From the human T2T-CHM13v2.0 reference genome, Homo sapiens, in assembly GCF_009914755.1 (NCBI RefSeq), contig NC_060930.1: DNA of 64,000 bases. One strand, written 5' to 3'. The first letter of the stretch is position 1; each line of letters begins with the position of its first letter. Shown piece after piece: positions 1 to 15,997 of this stretch. Under the pieces are notes generated by a model that worked only from the letters and a program-made list of their open reading frames with translations, was not told the origin of the DNA and ran no database searches. The position numbers and the translations under genes were made by a program.

Positions 1-349
1 AGGTGGAGCCTACCGGGCGGTGTTTGGGTGGTACAGGCAGATCCCTCGCGAATGGCTTGGTGCCCTGCCCATGGTAATGGGTGAGTTCTCACCCTGCTGT
101 TCCCACAAGAGCTGTTTGTTTAAAAAAGCCTGGCACCTCCCCCTCGCTCTCTCGCTTCCTCTCTTGCCACATGATCCCTTCGCAACAGCTCCCCTTCGAC
201 TTCCACTGTGACCAGATGCAGCCCCAGAAGTAGACACTGGTGCCACGCTTCCTGTGTAGCCTGCAGAATCGGAAGACAAAAAACCCCTTTCCTTCATAAA
301 TTACCCAACCTCAGGTATTATTTTATAGCAACACAAGTGGACTAAGACA
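1..349 (+). mobile_element. MaLR LTR, MSTB/MST-like (5' truncated by window edge)
   Basis: MST-type segments 'gtttaaaaaagcctggcacctcc', 'tgtagcctgcagaa', 'cataaattacccaacctcaggtatt' and terminal 'ggactaagaca'. Confidence 0.85.
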
Positions 350-518
350 AATTGGTATATGAAAACCACACATAATTAATGTGTACAATTTGGTGAGTTT
401 GGAGGTATACATACATTTATGTTACCATCACCACAACAAGGAGACAGACACATCCATCATCTCCAGAAGTTTCCTTTTGCGTGTCTGTGTGAGGGAAGAA
501 AACTTAACATAAGACTAC
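350..518 (-). mobile_element. L1 3' end (L1MA/L1MB-type), first part, interrupted by an LTR
   Basis: Antisense L1M 3'UTR-like sequence that resumes colinearly at 1121 after a 4-bp duplication. Confidence 0.75.
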
Positions 519-1120
519 TGATACAGCTCCGAAGACTGGAGAAACACCAGGGTCCTTTGTCTCATGCCAATGCTATTAACGACAAGGACACCCGTGGAGT
601 GGTTTTAAGGAGCGGAGAGTTTAACAGGCAAGAAACAAGAAAGAAGAAAACAGCTCCCCGGTACAGAAGGAGCTGGGCTCCTAACGGAGAAAAACCCCGT
701 GTGCCCAGGAAAAACAGTTGTTTATACCTGGAGGCTGGAGGAGGCGGTGTCTGATTTGCTTAGGGCCCAGGGGATTGGCTTGACCAGGTGTGTCATTCAC
801 ATAGCCAACCTGGTCCTCCCACCCTAGCCTTTTAATATGCAAATGCGGGTCGGCATGATGTCCTGCACACGTGGTGTTATTTGGAGGCAGCCATGACAGC
901 TGTGGTGACAAGGAGAAGAGGGCGGGAACCGCCATGTCGGGTGGACCTGGTTTTTAGCTGCTGGCATTTACATATCAATGTTGCCAGCCTGGTTTTTCAA
1001 GCTGCTTTCTGTTAGAAAGGAAATGGTTTGGGGGGTCGCTTTTTATTATAGGAAAATTCCACCAAGAACTCTCACCCTTTCTAGCTGCCTAAAAATTATT
1101 TCTTAATAACTCCTATATTA
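519..1120 (-). mobile_element. ERV1 solo LTR, LTR9/MER61-like (HUERS-P3 group)
   Basis: 602 bp with TG...TA (degenerate TG...CA) ends and 4-bp TSD CTAC at 515-518 and 1121-1124; minus strand starts 'taatataggagttattaagaaataatttttaggcag', resembling LTR9/MER61. Confidence 0.75.
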
Positions 1121-1885
1121 CTACCCTCCTAACAGAATTTTAAGTGCACAATACCTTATCGTTAACTCTAGGCACCGTGTTGTACAGGAGATCTCTGGAA
1201 CTTATCTTGTGTAACTGTAATTTGATAATCCATTGAACAGCAACTCTGCATATGCCCCCTCTCCATCTGCTAGTAACCAGCGTTCTATTGTCTACTTCTG
1301 TACATCTGACTATTTTTAGATGCTCCATATAAGAGGAATCACTCAGTATTTCTTCTTCTCTGACTATTTCACCTAGCATAATGTCTTCCAGATCTGTCCG
1401 TGTTGTCACAAATGGTAGTATTTCCTTCTTTTTAAAGCCAGGATAGTATTCTACTATATGCATATACCACATTTCATTCATCAGTGGACAATTGGGTTGC
1501 TTGCACATCTTGGCCACTGTGAAGGATGCTGCAGGGAACATGGGAGTGCAGATGTTTCTTCGAGATCACAATTTCAGTTCTTTTGGGTATATACCCAGCA
1601 GTAAGATTGCCTGCTTATATGGTATTCTATTTTAATTTTTTGAGGAACCTCCATGCTGCTTTCCATAGTGGCAGCAGTATGTATTCTTTGGAGAAATGTC
1701 TATTCAAGTCCTTTGCATGTTGTAATTGTGTTTTTTGGGAGTTTTCACTAGTGAGTTGTAGGAGCTCTTTGTATATTTCAGAAATTAACTCCTTATCACA
1801 TACATGGTTTGCAAATATGTTCTCCCATTGCATAGGTGGCCTTTCCACTCTGTTGATTGTTTCCTTTGCTGTGCAGAAATTGATG
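1121..1885 (-). mobile_element. L1 (L1MA/L1MB-type) ORF2 3' end and 3'UTR
   Basis: ORFs 1627..1848 and 1140..1541 give L1 ORF2p C-terminal-like peptides ([61 protein letters not shown]). Confidence 0.9.
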
Positions 1886-2599
1886 CTGGGGGAAAAAGGG
1901 GATTTGAAGTATAGGCCAACTTCAGAACAATTTGACCAGGACTTGCTAAGTTTTTTTTTAAATTAGGAAAATACATAGAATGTGACTTAAAAAAATAATC
2001 AATTACCTAAGACCTTGTCTACTGGGTCTTAAGTTGAATTTCTAAATTCTGGAGCCAACTATGTGACCTTGGGCACGTGAACAAAAGTTAATTCTATAAA
2101 CTAGTTTAAATCCTGTAGGAATATAACATTATTTTATTTTATTTTATTTTTCTTAAGAACTTTTTGGAAAAGAGGCTGAGGAGGTTAGGAAAGAGCCTCT
2201 GATTTTATGAAGAAATGTCCAGCATTTCCCCAGGAATGGGATTCCACACAAGAACACCAGCTGGAGCAGTGCCGTAGAGTCAAAGGAAGGAAGAGGCTGC
2301 AGTTCGGCACCAGTGGGGAAGCCAAGGGCATCTTGCATGCTGGCGCCTTCGAGAGGCCGTACAGCTGGAGGGTGCACTTTGCATTGCCCCATGTAGGCTC
2401 TGTAATTAATATGGCTGTAAATTTTGAAAAACTGTTATTCTGGCAGTCAAAAATAATCCCCTATATATAGGCATCATGTAAACTTTTAAAACGTCTTTCA
2501 CATCCTTCAAAATGTATAATCTCATGAATTACAGTCTCATGAAAATATAGCAAATAAATATTTGGAATTATAAGAGAGGAAAAAGTAAAGAAGTGAAAA

Positions 2600-3780
2600 G
2601 GATTTGCCCTACTCCAAACAAAGCAATGCAATTGTGCAACGGAAGGATAAGTCATAAGAAAACAGTAGAGCGTTCAGAAAAAACTCCAAGAGTGTATGTG
2701 GGAATGTAGAAATTCAATAAAGGTGATATTTTAAATCAGCAAGGAAAGACTAGATTATTTATTAAATGAAATTGAGTTAATTGATTCTCCATTTAGAAGA
2801 AAATAAAGTCAGGAGGTATGTCTCATAGCAGTCTCCAGATACTTTTAAGGATGTTTAAAGATTTAGGTGTAAAAATATTAAATCTATAAAAGTACTAGAA
2901 GAAAATATAATTTTGTTAAATAATTTCAGAGTGAGGAAGCCATTTTCAACCACAGAACAGGTTCTAGGAAGTATAAGGAAAAGATTGATGGGTCTGACTA
3001 TATAATATAAACTTAAAACTCACATACAGTGAAAAAACTCAATATAGAGCTGCACAGCAAATGGCAAATTGGAACAACATAATCTCAACACATGCAACAG
3101 TAAAGGCTTAATGCCCAGACCTATGAAAGACCCCTAAATAGCTATAAGAAAAAGACACACAACTCAATAGAAACAGCAATTCAGAAAAGAAGCATAGTTA
3201 AAAACAATGAAGAAATGAGCTACCTCATTAACAGTAAATTCAAACCGCTATGAAATATAACCTCCAGTTTTTATGAAATTCCAAGGAAATGGACATTCTT
3301 GTTAACAGTTGATGAGAAGGCAAATAAGCATGATGTTTTTGAAAGATAATTAGCTTTCTTTTAATACTAAGTGTGTATACCATTCAACCCCTAAACTCTA
3401 CTCCTAGGAAACTATCCCACAAGAAATAACAACACAGATGTCAAAATAGTAAGAATTTCTGAATTTTCTGAAATAGTAAATATTTCTGTGCAGCATTTTA
3501 ATCAAATGATACATATGTTCTGCCTTAGGAAAAAGGAGCACAGTTTATTGTAACATAAAACATGCACATATACATACAAACACTTACACATTGCAGATCA
3601 AAATGAGCTGTCTACGTTTATCTGACAGATGGTCTGTGTGTCTGTACGTGTGTATATACATACAAAAACACTTACGTATATCCTAGTAACAGCATAGGAA
3701 AAAGATTGGACGAACAGGCACCTAACTGTGATGATTCTTTGGGGGTCAGGGGATTGCTGGGATGATAAATTTTTATTTCA
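2600..3780 (+). mobile_element. Old L1 (L1ME/L1M5-type) ORF2-3'UTR fragment
   Basis: A-rich degenerate L1 ORF2 3' sequence, e.g. 'aaagtactagaagaaaatata' and 'ccattcaacccctaaactctactcctaggaaactatccc'. Confidence 0.7.
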
Positions 3781-5033
3781 AACAAAGTATGCCAAATGAC
3801 GCTTTCATTTATAAGATACCAAAATACAATGGCGTTCAATTTCACTCAGTAGCATATGCAAAGAATTGTCTCATTAACCTCTGAATCAGGCCTTTCACCT
3901 TTTGCTGGAATGGCTGACCTTGAGACCAAACACTAGAACCACCCATGGAACACCTGTTGAATACATTAATCCCCCTAGATGAGCCTTCCCACTTCTGTTC
4001 ATTTCACAGAACTAATTTCTATGGCATTTTATTTTTACACAACATTGAAACCAAGATTGTCTTTGGTATTTATGAGGGCATTTACAAAAGGAACAGAGCA
4101 AATGCGGTTGAGACAGGTCACAATAATTCTCTCTGTCTCTCTGACACCCAGTGTTTCAAGCTTCACCTTCCTTTTACACATACTCAATTAAATTAAAATA
4201 CAACGTGCAAAGAAAGCAATGGCGAAAGAATCTGAAAGGGCACTGCAGAGGTGAAAATCAAATAACCTCATATAAACCTTTCCTATTAAGAGTGAATATA
4301 TTTAGATTTTTAAAAATAAAAACCCAGAATAATTATGAAAGCAAAATGCCACAGACCCAGATAGACAGGGAAAGAAAATAAAGGTGCTGTAAATCCACAA
4401 GGCCCATGGTGTTCACATTTCTTCTTGTTTTGCTCAGCTCTGAGCTGCTGGCAGGTGTTGACCCGAAGGGGAGTCTATCCAGGCACCCAGGTAGCACTGC
4501 TGGCCAGGTCAGATGCCACTGGAGGGAGGGTGGAAACACAGGTCAAGTGCTCTTGAGCCCCTCCCCATCTCTCACCCCAGCTCTTCATCGCTAAGTAGCT
4601 GGGAACTGACTACGTAGCATCAATTACACACGTACAACTCTGAGGAGTTGTCAGACTTTAGCCCTAATAGTGCCTTCAGTTTTTTTATGAGACTATGTAA
4701 ATGAATGCCAACAGGGTCAATGAAGTGGCAAGTGCCATTTCTAACATTTAACAAAAGTGGCGTCATTTCCAGAGCTCTGCCCAGCTCTGACTCTTTCTCC
4801 TGGAGGGTGCAAAAAGAAAAACAGAAACTTTTCTCGAAGGCATCATATTTCAGACAAGTATTGTTTCAATTATGACATTTTGTCAAATTGTGAAGTTTAA
4901 AGGACAAATTGCCTCGGCCTATTCCTGCTTAAGCCTTTTCATGCCACTTATGGAAAATAGCCTGTGCTTTTAATGGGTATTTTGTCAGTTAATATTGCCA
5001 TGGAGAGAGAACAAGCTGTAGCTTCCTTCTGCT

Positions 5034-5095
5034 GAGACTTGAAGCCCCATGAAGGACAGACTTGTCTGTTTTGTCCACTGCTTGTCTCTAGGTCT
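5034..5095 (+). mobile_element. L2 3' tail fragment
   Basis: 'gagacttgaagccccatgaaggacagacttgtctgttttgtccactgct' resembles the L2 3' end. Confidence 0.55.
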
Positions 5096-6663
5096 GCCGC
5101 ACAAGTGTGTCCTTCACATTCACTATTGTTAAATAAGAATCTTCAGGTCGCCTTATAACTGCACACCCTCAATTGGATTAATTCTTATTAGTTTCCCCTT
5201 CCTGGGCTATAGAATTAGGTTAGTCATGACACTGAAGTTGCAAAATGCTTGACATAGAAAAGTGTGTATGCTCTCTCTCATATATGAAGAAGTCTTTATC
5301 TTTACATTTACAGAAATAGTTTATCGTAAAGTCTTGTCATTTGAGTCTCACCATGTCATCAGGACACAATGTGCCATAACTTCCACACATGCTTGTAGCT
5401 CAGAGTGCACAGTTTAGCCTGATGACAGCCTGGTGATTATTTATAAATTAACAGATCCAGTGGAAATATTATATCTTTTGTTTGGCAGAAATATATATTT
5501 TAATATGTCTCACTTGTTTTTGTAATCCATCTCATAACATGAACTTTAGAATATGTACTATGTATTTTTAAAGGTATTTCTTTGTTCCTTGATTGTGGTT
5601 TATTATTTTTCAAACAGCTTCAAAATTTCCAATTTCCAGAAGATTTTTAAATTTAAAGTGTAATTGTTTTAAAATACCAAAATTGGTGAGATTATTGAAG
5701 AAGATGATTCTCTCTACTCAGGAAAGCCACTTAAAATTGGATGAAATTGAGGAAGTACAGCAAAAGCTTAATTCTCAGGATATTAATCTAGGCTTTCTTT
5801 GGAACAAGAAGCAGGGCTGAGAAATTGCCCTCAGTTGTAAATGGAAAATGAGTTTAAGCATCCTCCTAAAGAATCATAATTTAGTTCTAGTCAGAAGTAG
5901 CTGAGCAGGAGAAAACTTGATTACTTAAAGGCACTAAGTATATTAGGAAACGAAATACAAATACCTTCAACCAGGGCCGCTGCTGCAGTCTGGCTGTGTA
6001 AGGTCTGGTATTCTGATGGAAACTGATAGGCTCCATTAGAGATGTCTATCATGTAGAAAATGAATTTAGGATGCCTTTGTCATTTCTCTTGTCTGTAGGC
6101 TGAGCTTTTTTAAAAATTGAGCTATATTCATGCAAGTTATATAACTTAATTTACTGCTGAAATGGAAGCTAAAGTGGTTAGTGCAGTGATACTCAGCCTC
6201 AGAGGCTTTAAAACACTGGCAGATTGTTCACACAGAATTGTGCCTGATTTGCCTGATGCATGCCATTAGGATGATCATGGACAAGATCTCAGACTGTCAT
6301 TTAGCCAAAACTGTGTACATATTATGCATAGAACAACTCACCCAAAATTGATAGCTAATGGGAAAGTTTCCAACTAAATAAAGATTTGGAATCCATTTAC
6401 CGCTCAGTAAGCTATTTTTGCTCCATATCATCAAGTTTCCAGAAGTAACTGCTCCTTACATATATTCTAAAGAACGTATAATAAAAAAGCCCAGTGACAA
6501 AATTTGATTTGATATATATCTCATCCATCTGTTTTTTTTGGTAGAAACCTAGGTGGTATGTGTTAAATGTTAAGTATAAGAGAATTCTCAATATTTTAAA
6601 AATAACTCAAAATATTGAGGAAAACACCTAAAACCCATTGATGATTGTGGTAGCTCAGGCTCT

Positions 6664-6859
6664 AACAGTTTCTTAAAATGTGTCCATGTACACACTGGGT
6701 TAGAATCACTGTTCTCATTTACAAGTAGAGCTTCCTAGGCCCCACGATTCTCATTCATTCCTTAAATGAGAATGGGGGGGAAGTTGGGGAAGGGTCTGGA
6801 ATTTGCATTTAAACAATTTGAGCGCGATTTGAACATGCATTCAAATTCCAGAACCCCTG
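6664..6859. mobile_element. MER5-like hAT-Charlie MITE
   Basis: 'cagtttcttaaaatgtg...tagaatcac...gggtctggaatttgcatttaaaca...agaacccctg'. Confidence 0.55.
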
Positions 6860-7264
6860 CTTTGATATTATGTCAATGATTTTGGAGGCAGATTTAGTCC
6901 CGTCACAGGACATTGTCGTTTTTTAGGTGCCCAGGTTTCTTGTGACTTCATCCATGAGATGGCATGTACAGTACCTGAGTACCTGCCACTGGGCAAAAAG
7001 ATGACCAGGTGAGAGACGAAGGAATGAGACTGCAGCCCTCACCATCAGGGCACAAACACCCCAGTCTCACATTCCGTCAAGAGTCGTTCTATTACTTACA
7101 TGTCATCCACTCTAGACAGTGCCTACATTTCAATGTTGAGCGTGTTCCTTGTTTTCTTATGATTAGAGGTGACACAGTACTCTGTGTCCAGTGGCCGCCC
7201 AGGTTTTTGAGGTAAGCAAACACTGTCCTCCTGATCAGCAGCCTCCATCTTCCTACTGATCACA

Positions 7265-7495
7265 GGGCAGCGTGGCAGTGGTTAGGAGCACGGACTCCAC
7301 CTCTTTCCGACTGTACATCCTTGGCCAAGGTATCCAACCTCACACTCAGTTTCCTTCCTACCTCACACTCAGTTTCCTCCCTCAGTTTCCTCATCTACAT
7401 CATAAGGGTAACAGTAGTTTTGGCTGTGAGGATTAAATGGGTTTATATTTACAGAATGCTTAAAACAGTGCTTGGAAAATTATAAGAGCTTATTT
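7265..7495 (+). mobile_element. MIR SINE with internal tandem duplication
   Basis: MIR core 'ctcagtttcctcatct' and 'gctgtgaggattaaatg'; 'acctcacactcagtttcct' occurs twice. Confidence 0.75.
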
Positions 7496-8449
7496 GGAAA
7501 AATAACAAGATTAGAAGGGGTGGATCATTCCAGAAAATTAAGGAATCAAAGAGAAAGATGGAGAGATTAACACCAATCTGGCAAAGGAAGCCTTCCAAAG
7601 AAAAGTGTACCTCATGTGTCTCTTATGGTTCCTGGGGACATAGTGGGACAAAAGAAGTAAAAGGAGAAATGGCAAAGGCAAAATAAGCATTGTCTTAGAT
7701 AAGGAATGAGGGAACAATGAAGAAAACAGGGCTGCATAGTCACTTATATAACCACAAAGCCGCTTAGTCCTATGTGTGCCTTGACTATGTGTATCCCACT
7801 GGAATGAAGGTGGCTGCACTGAGCACCTTTGGGGGTGGAGGATGCTGAACAATGTTAGCAAACTGCATTGGATGTCACACCCAGCTTCCCTGTGTCTGTC
7901 CGGAGAACCCTCCTTTCTCCTGGTCTTCTATGCCCAACATCTGGCTATTTCACTTTATTTTTTCTCCTCCCTTGGCCTTAAGTCAGGAACTAATTTTTCC
8001 CCACTTTGCCCTTCCTATGTCATTATTCTTTCCTTTCTTTCCTACTTTCTTTTCTGGTACCCTATTTTGAATGTGTGTCACCTTTAACTTCAGGTACATG
8101 AACAAGCTCTTAGCCAGTCTTTGGAAGCATCTGACCACAGCACCTCCACCACTTTTCTGTGCAAAACCCTTCAATGACCCTGCACAATAATGTCAAGACT
8201 TTATCAGTGATTTTCAAAGATTTTTCCCACTTTGGGCACAACGTGCCCTTCTAGCATCATCTCCCACTACTGGGCCTCTCCCCCATACCTAATCCTCCTC
8301 CTACAAGCCCTGCTCTTGCCAGGCTCAGCAAGCAGGTCCATGGACTCAGAGCACCTTTGCACTTAGCGGGTCCTTTGCCTGGGGTTGTGTCTGATCTGGC
8401 CCAGGAGCAGTTAGGGAAACGTTACTGGGCCAGAAGCACTGCAGGTGGG

Positions 8450-9244
<795 letters not shown>

Positions 9245-10572
9245 TGGCAGCTGTTGAATGTTAAGAGCCCTCAGCTGTGAATCGGAGCGATCCTACCTCC
9301 CTCACCACCGAAGAGTGTTGCAGGGATCAAACGGGCTAAGACGTGAGCGTGCTATTAGATGTGTAAAATTCTACACAAGGGTCGTTAAACTTTGACTTAT
9401 TTTTTGAAAACCCTCCCATTCCCTTGCATAACCCCTACCACAATACTTTACCCATAAAATGCGTTCAATAGGCACGTGTTGAATGTTTTCATTTATTCAT
9501 TTACTATATCACATTAATTTTATTTTAAAAGACCCAAACTTAGTCATAAGTAACATGGCTCATCTTCAAACTACTGCGTAGCCATTTGTGTGCAGCTTTG
9601 ACTGCATGTGGTGTTATTTCAGAAAGATGTGATTTGGTTTGTCTAGCTGAATGTAAGTAATACATTCATTATAATACTAGCTTACTATATATTAATTTTA
9701 ATATGCTCATGAAGTTAAATATCTGTGGATCTGAAAATAAGATTTATTTTATTTAAGATGAAAAAATTTGTTTTGACAAGATTGGCTGGTTTTATTTATG
9801 CCACTTACTAGAAATCTAATAAATACATATTTTATTTAACATGACTTTTTAATAGCATTCCTTTGAATTTGCTCATCAGTAAATTTAATCAATCACCTTT
9901 TTAAGAAACAGAACAAACTTGCTAGTCCTAGCACCATAAGATGATCTCTTGCAAGGAAGTAAAGAAGAATCCAAACTTGAGTGCCAGGAATCATTATTGA
10001 TAAGGTGAAGGAGAACAAGTTTCCCTTTTGATTCCCAACTTCTACTTGAAATATGACACCCAGAATGTGATTCTTTCTATATCCATTTCCTCTAAGAATC
10101 TTTGAGCAATTTGTGCGTGCCCTGTGGTTAATACAGCCTAGTCATAGCCCAGTGAAGCTGTCGGCAGTCCTGCTTAGAGCAGAAACACAGACCATGACAG
10201 TTACAAGCATGTGATCCACAGAGCCAGGAAAAGACCCTGAGACATAACCCACTTCTGTACCTCCTCAGTAGGAGCTATACTCAACTCATGAATTAATTTT
10301 GAGCTCTTAATGGCACTTATTAAATCCAGAAGAAAAATACCTAAATAATTCTTACTTATATTTAATAGCAATTTAGATTCCTGCAAGTGGGGACAAAAGC
10401 TTTATTTCACTTCCAAATGGACTTCAAATAACATCAATTGGATGTGCACTAGAAAAATATAATTTTAAAAGGTGTTCCCAAGAATTAGTAAAGAAGAAAA
10501 GTCATGGGAATTAGGGAGAGTAATTTCTAGGAAATTTTTATTGGCTGCTTTTGTCCACATGATATTTACAGT

Positions 10573-10950
10573 GTATGAGTTAGGTTAAGCTAGACTATGC
10601 CAAAGTAACAGAATATACTACCAAATTTCAGTGGCTTAAGAATCAGTAAGTTGATTTATTTTTCAGGTTAATAGGCCAGTATTGGTCAGGTGCAGATGAC
10701 TTGGGAGAAGAAGGATTTGCTCCATGCAGTTGTAGGGACATGTGGCCTCATGATTCTAGTCACAAGGTTGATGTTGTGGAGGAGGTTTTAATAGGCCAGG
10801 TCTGGAAGGAGTATGTATCACTTATACTTCTTCCATTGGCTAGAACTCAGTCACATGACCACACCTCACTGCGCAGGAATCTGGGAAATGTAGTTCATCA
10901 AACACTCAAGAATAAGTGGAACTGAATTTTAATCAATAACTACAAGTCTC
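10573..10950 (-). mobile_element. MaLR LTR MLT1J/K-like
   Basis: 'aaatttcagtggcttaa', 'ccattggctagaactcagtcacatgacc', 'ctgggaaatgtagt'. Confidence 0.65.
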
Positions 10951-11239
10951 TGCATCAAGGAGAAATGTGTACCTGATGTTTATCATGGAAGAGAAGAATA
11001 ATTAGTTGACTTTTTGTGTATAATCCCCAAGCAAAAGAAGTCTGATTCATGCTAAATCTTCCTAAAACAGAAGTAGATCATTTGTGGGGAATATGTTATT
11101 AGAACACCCCTAGAGAGGAGCCTATTACCCAACTTCATTTTCCAGCTTCATTCTCTTGGCAGGAGACGTATTTCTCTTTCTGCCTGTCCACGGAGTCTGT
11201 GCCACAAGCAAAGAGATGCTGTATGTCTTGCCTATAAAG

Positions 11240-12085
11240 CAGGGCTGGGCTGCGAAGCTGTCGAGCCCGGTGCAAAATGGAAATGTGGAGCTCTTGATTC
11301 AAAAGCAGGAAAGCAATGTTACAAACTAAAATATAAAGCTTTTTTCTTTCTTCCCCAGTCTCTCAATTTGCCATAGTGTTTTTTACTTGCTATTTAGCTG
11401 CATTCTAAGAAAAATTAAACATTTAAATATTGGCATGAATTTTACCATTCATCTTAATATTGTGCAATTCCAATTTTAAACGTAAACATTTAAAACAGGG
11501 TCTAACTCATACGTGCAATCACTGAAACTAACTACACAATTTGAATTTCGTAACTTATATATGTGCATATACACTTTGTTCTTGCAAGAACAGCAGACAT
11601 GTCGCATAAAACCAATTCACTTGTTTTTATTTCACTTCTTGAGACTCGCACATTCTACCAACATTCTACCTTCAGTTTACTGATGAATAAGGAAGAATGG
11701 AAAGGGAAAGAACTATGGGGTCCCCTATCTTTCCCTTCCGTTCCATGTCATCATTTCCTGCTTCAGTTGCTGGCTCCAACAAGAAAAGCACAGGAGTAAG
11801 AAAGGATATGATAGGGTTCATTGGTCACTATGTTTCTTAGAATGCCATTGCCTTCTTTCTGCATTCAAAGCAAGTTCTGGTTCAAACGAAAAGTTTGGCG
11901 TCTCGGGGCTGTAAGTACCCCTGCTTACTCAGTAGGAGATGTCACACATTTACCTTGACCCCTGCACACTGTGGGTTCACCAAAATTCTGTCTCCAATGG
12001 GCGTTGAAGAGACTTAAGCCACGCATAGAGCCCTTCTAAGTGCAGGGCCTCAAGCAACTTCATGTTCTGTACTATACTAAAGTTC
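11240..12085 (-). mobile_element. MER45B-like hAT (Tip100) DNA transposon
   Basis: Starts 'cagggctgggct...cccggtgcaaaatggaaatgtgg' and ends 'gcccttctaagtgcagggcc', matching recalled MER45 ends. Confidence 0.7.
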
Positions 12086-12349
12086 TATACTAAAAGACAC
12101 ATATTTAGAGGAAGGATACCACAGACCAACACTGATGTCTACAGCAGCAAGAACTGTAGGACATGCCGTCAATTTTGTAATGGCTTTTAAGGGGAAAAAA
12201 ATACTCTATTAATGTACATCTTAATTGGAAGGTGCATCCAAATTTCAGAAAAATGTAAAATAACAGGGGGAAAGCTTCAATTCCTGGAATTGTAGCACAT
12301 CACATTCTTTTCCCTAATACCTACCTAACAACTACTACTACTAATGGAC

Positions 12350-14200
<1,851 letters not shown>

Positions 14201-15249
14201 GAAAACACTTTGCTGTTTACTACAGTCCTTAGATTTCCTCTGTAACATAATCTCTTAAATTTATTCATAGTTATAACGGAAACTGTTGTACTACACCTTG
14301 ATTTTTTGCCAATTTAGGGATTACTGAATGAACTAATGCAAAATCCATTTTATGCCAATCTATACACTTGGTTTTGAATAATTTATTCAACTAAATACTT
14401 TCTAAAGAGAATCATATGCGATGAATAAAAATATCTTGAATAGATTGGAAATGTTCCTGTTTTGTTTTCATTGTAAATGCATACTAAATGCGTTAACAAC
14501 GTAGAAAGATTCTGGGTTCTAGTAGATTCCTCAAATATAAACACTTTGGATGCACCACTGTTTCAAAAGATGAATAGTTTAAACGGAACTCCTATTTACA
14601 GCCATGTTTGCAAATGCATTTTTTACTTTAACTATTCTGAGATATAAAAATAAGCACAGAGATTTTGTGATAGCTTTGCAACTAGCAGTATTTTTGAAAC
14701 ATGAAATAGGCGTTTTGTCTGGAGAAGCCTTATCTATCACAGTCCATGTCTGAAATCACAGTTGTTTAATGAACTCTGTTTTATGGAAGCTGCCGATGCC
14801 TCATTCGTAAGTCTCCCCATTCTTTCCAATGTCACACAGACTTTGGAGATGAATTTAAATTTCATCATTATCCATGACCTACAATGTGTGCATTGACCAT
14901 ACTAGATTTTCCCTTTTTGAATATATTCCCAACACTGCAACTCCCTGCCCTGCTTTATTGTTCGCTTGCCAGTCCTCGGCATCGTTTTATTCCTCCGGCA
15001 TTTTAAACAAAATAAAGATCCAGGCTTATGCTGAGGCAGTGCTGAACAAACCCACCAAAATCCTCAGAACTCCATCCATTCAAAGAGGAGCGCCAGGATT
15101 TCCCAAGCGACAAGAACAGGGCGAGCTCTCCGATCCTTTCTCCATCCCCCCAAACCTCCCCTGGCTCTCGAGAACACCGTCAGTACTCCCTAATACCCCG
15201 TGCTCCAAATCCGGAGCTCGGTCTCCACCCGGCCGCACTCCAAGTGACA

Positions 15250-15570
15250 GCAATAATAGCTGGTGTTTCTAAAGTGCTTACTGGTACCAGGGGCTGCATC
15301 CGTGTAGACTCATTTAATCCTCACAGCCCTAAGAGAGACACGTTTGACAGATGGAGAAACTGCTCCGGGATACTCCGTCGGGGAATGGCAGGAGCTGGCC
15401 CCACAGCCCGGCCTGGCGCCACCGCGCACTGCCTGGGCCCTGCAGCTTGGAGCAGGCCCTGAGTGGGCTCCCTGCAAATATTCTCATGCTCCCTTCTCAC
15501 CACCGCCCTGCAAGGGGCATGGTACTGAGCTCACCGTTTTACAGGTGAGGAAGCCACGGCTCAGCCTTCC
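15250..15570 (-). mobile_element. MIR fragments
   Basis: 'ctcatttaatcctcacagccct', 'acagatggagaaactg', 'ttttacaggtgaggaagcc'. Confidence 0.6.
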
Positions 15571-15997
15571 GAGTCTCCTCTACCTGAGCCTCAGAGCCTG
15601 GCTCAGAGGCTCTGTGCCCAGAACGACAGTACATAAGAAGGAGTGGGGGAGCCTGTCGGAGCCGCCTGGGGCATTAGCAGATCCAAGTTCCAAATTTGGA
15701 AAACTTAAAACGAGTTACAAACCTGTCATCAATTTGACAGTAATGTTTTTATAATTACACATTGTGATACTTACCTGCATTATAAAGCAATTTAAATGTT
15801 GTTTTGTTTAACACCTCAGCTTGGATCTGGACGTTTTTCTAACTTAAGAACCAGAACAACGGTCACAAATGGGCTCCTGAAGAATGTTTCAGAATGCTCT
15901 GTTCACAACCATGGGGGCGTATCTGCCACCTCTGCCCCCAAATGGACAATCCGTCAGTGTGATAACCCATCTTCTAGAATGGTAATTAACTCGAGAA

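Noticed and set aside
1140-1966. 133-146 aa ORFs
   Set aside because: They are L1 ORF2 remnants and their antisense frames, not host genes.
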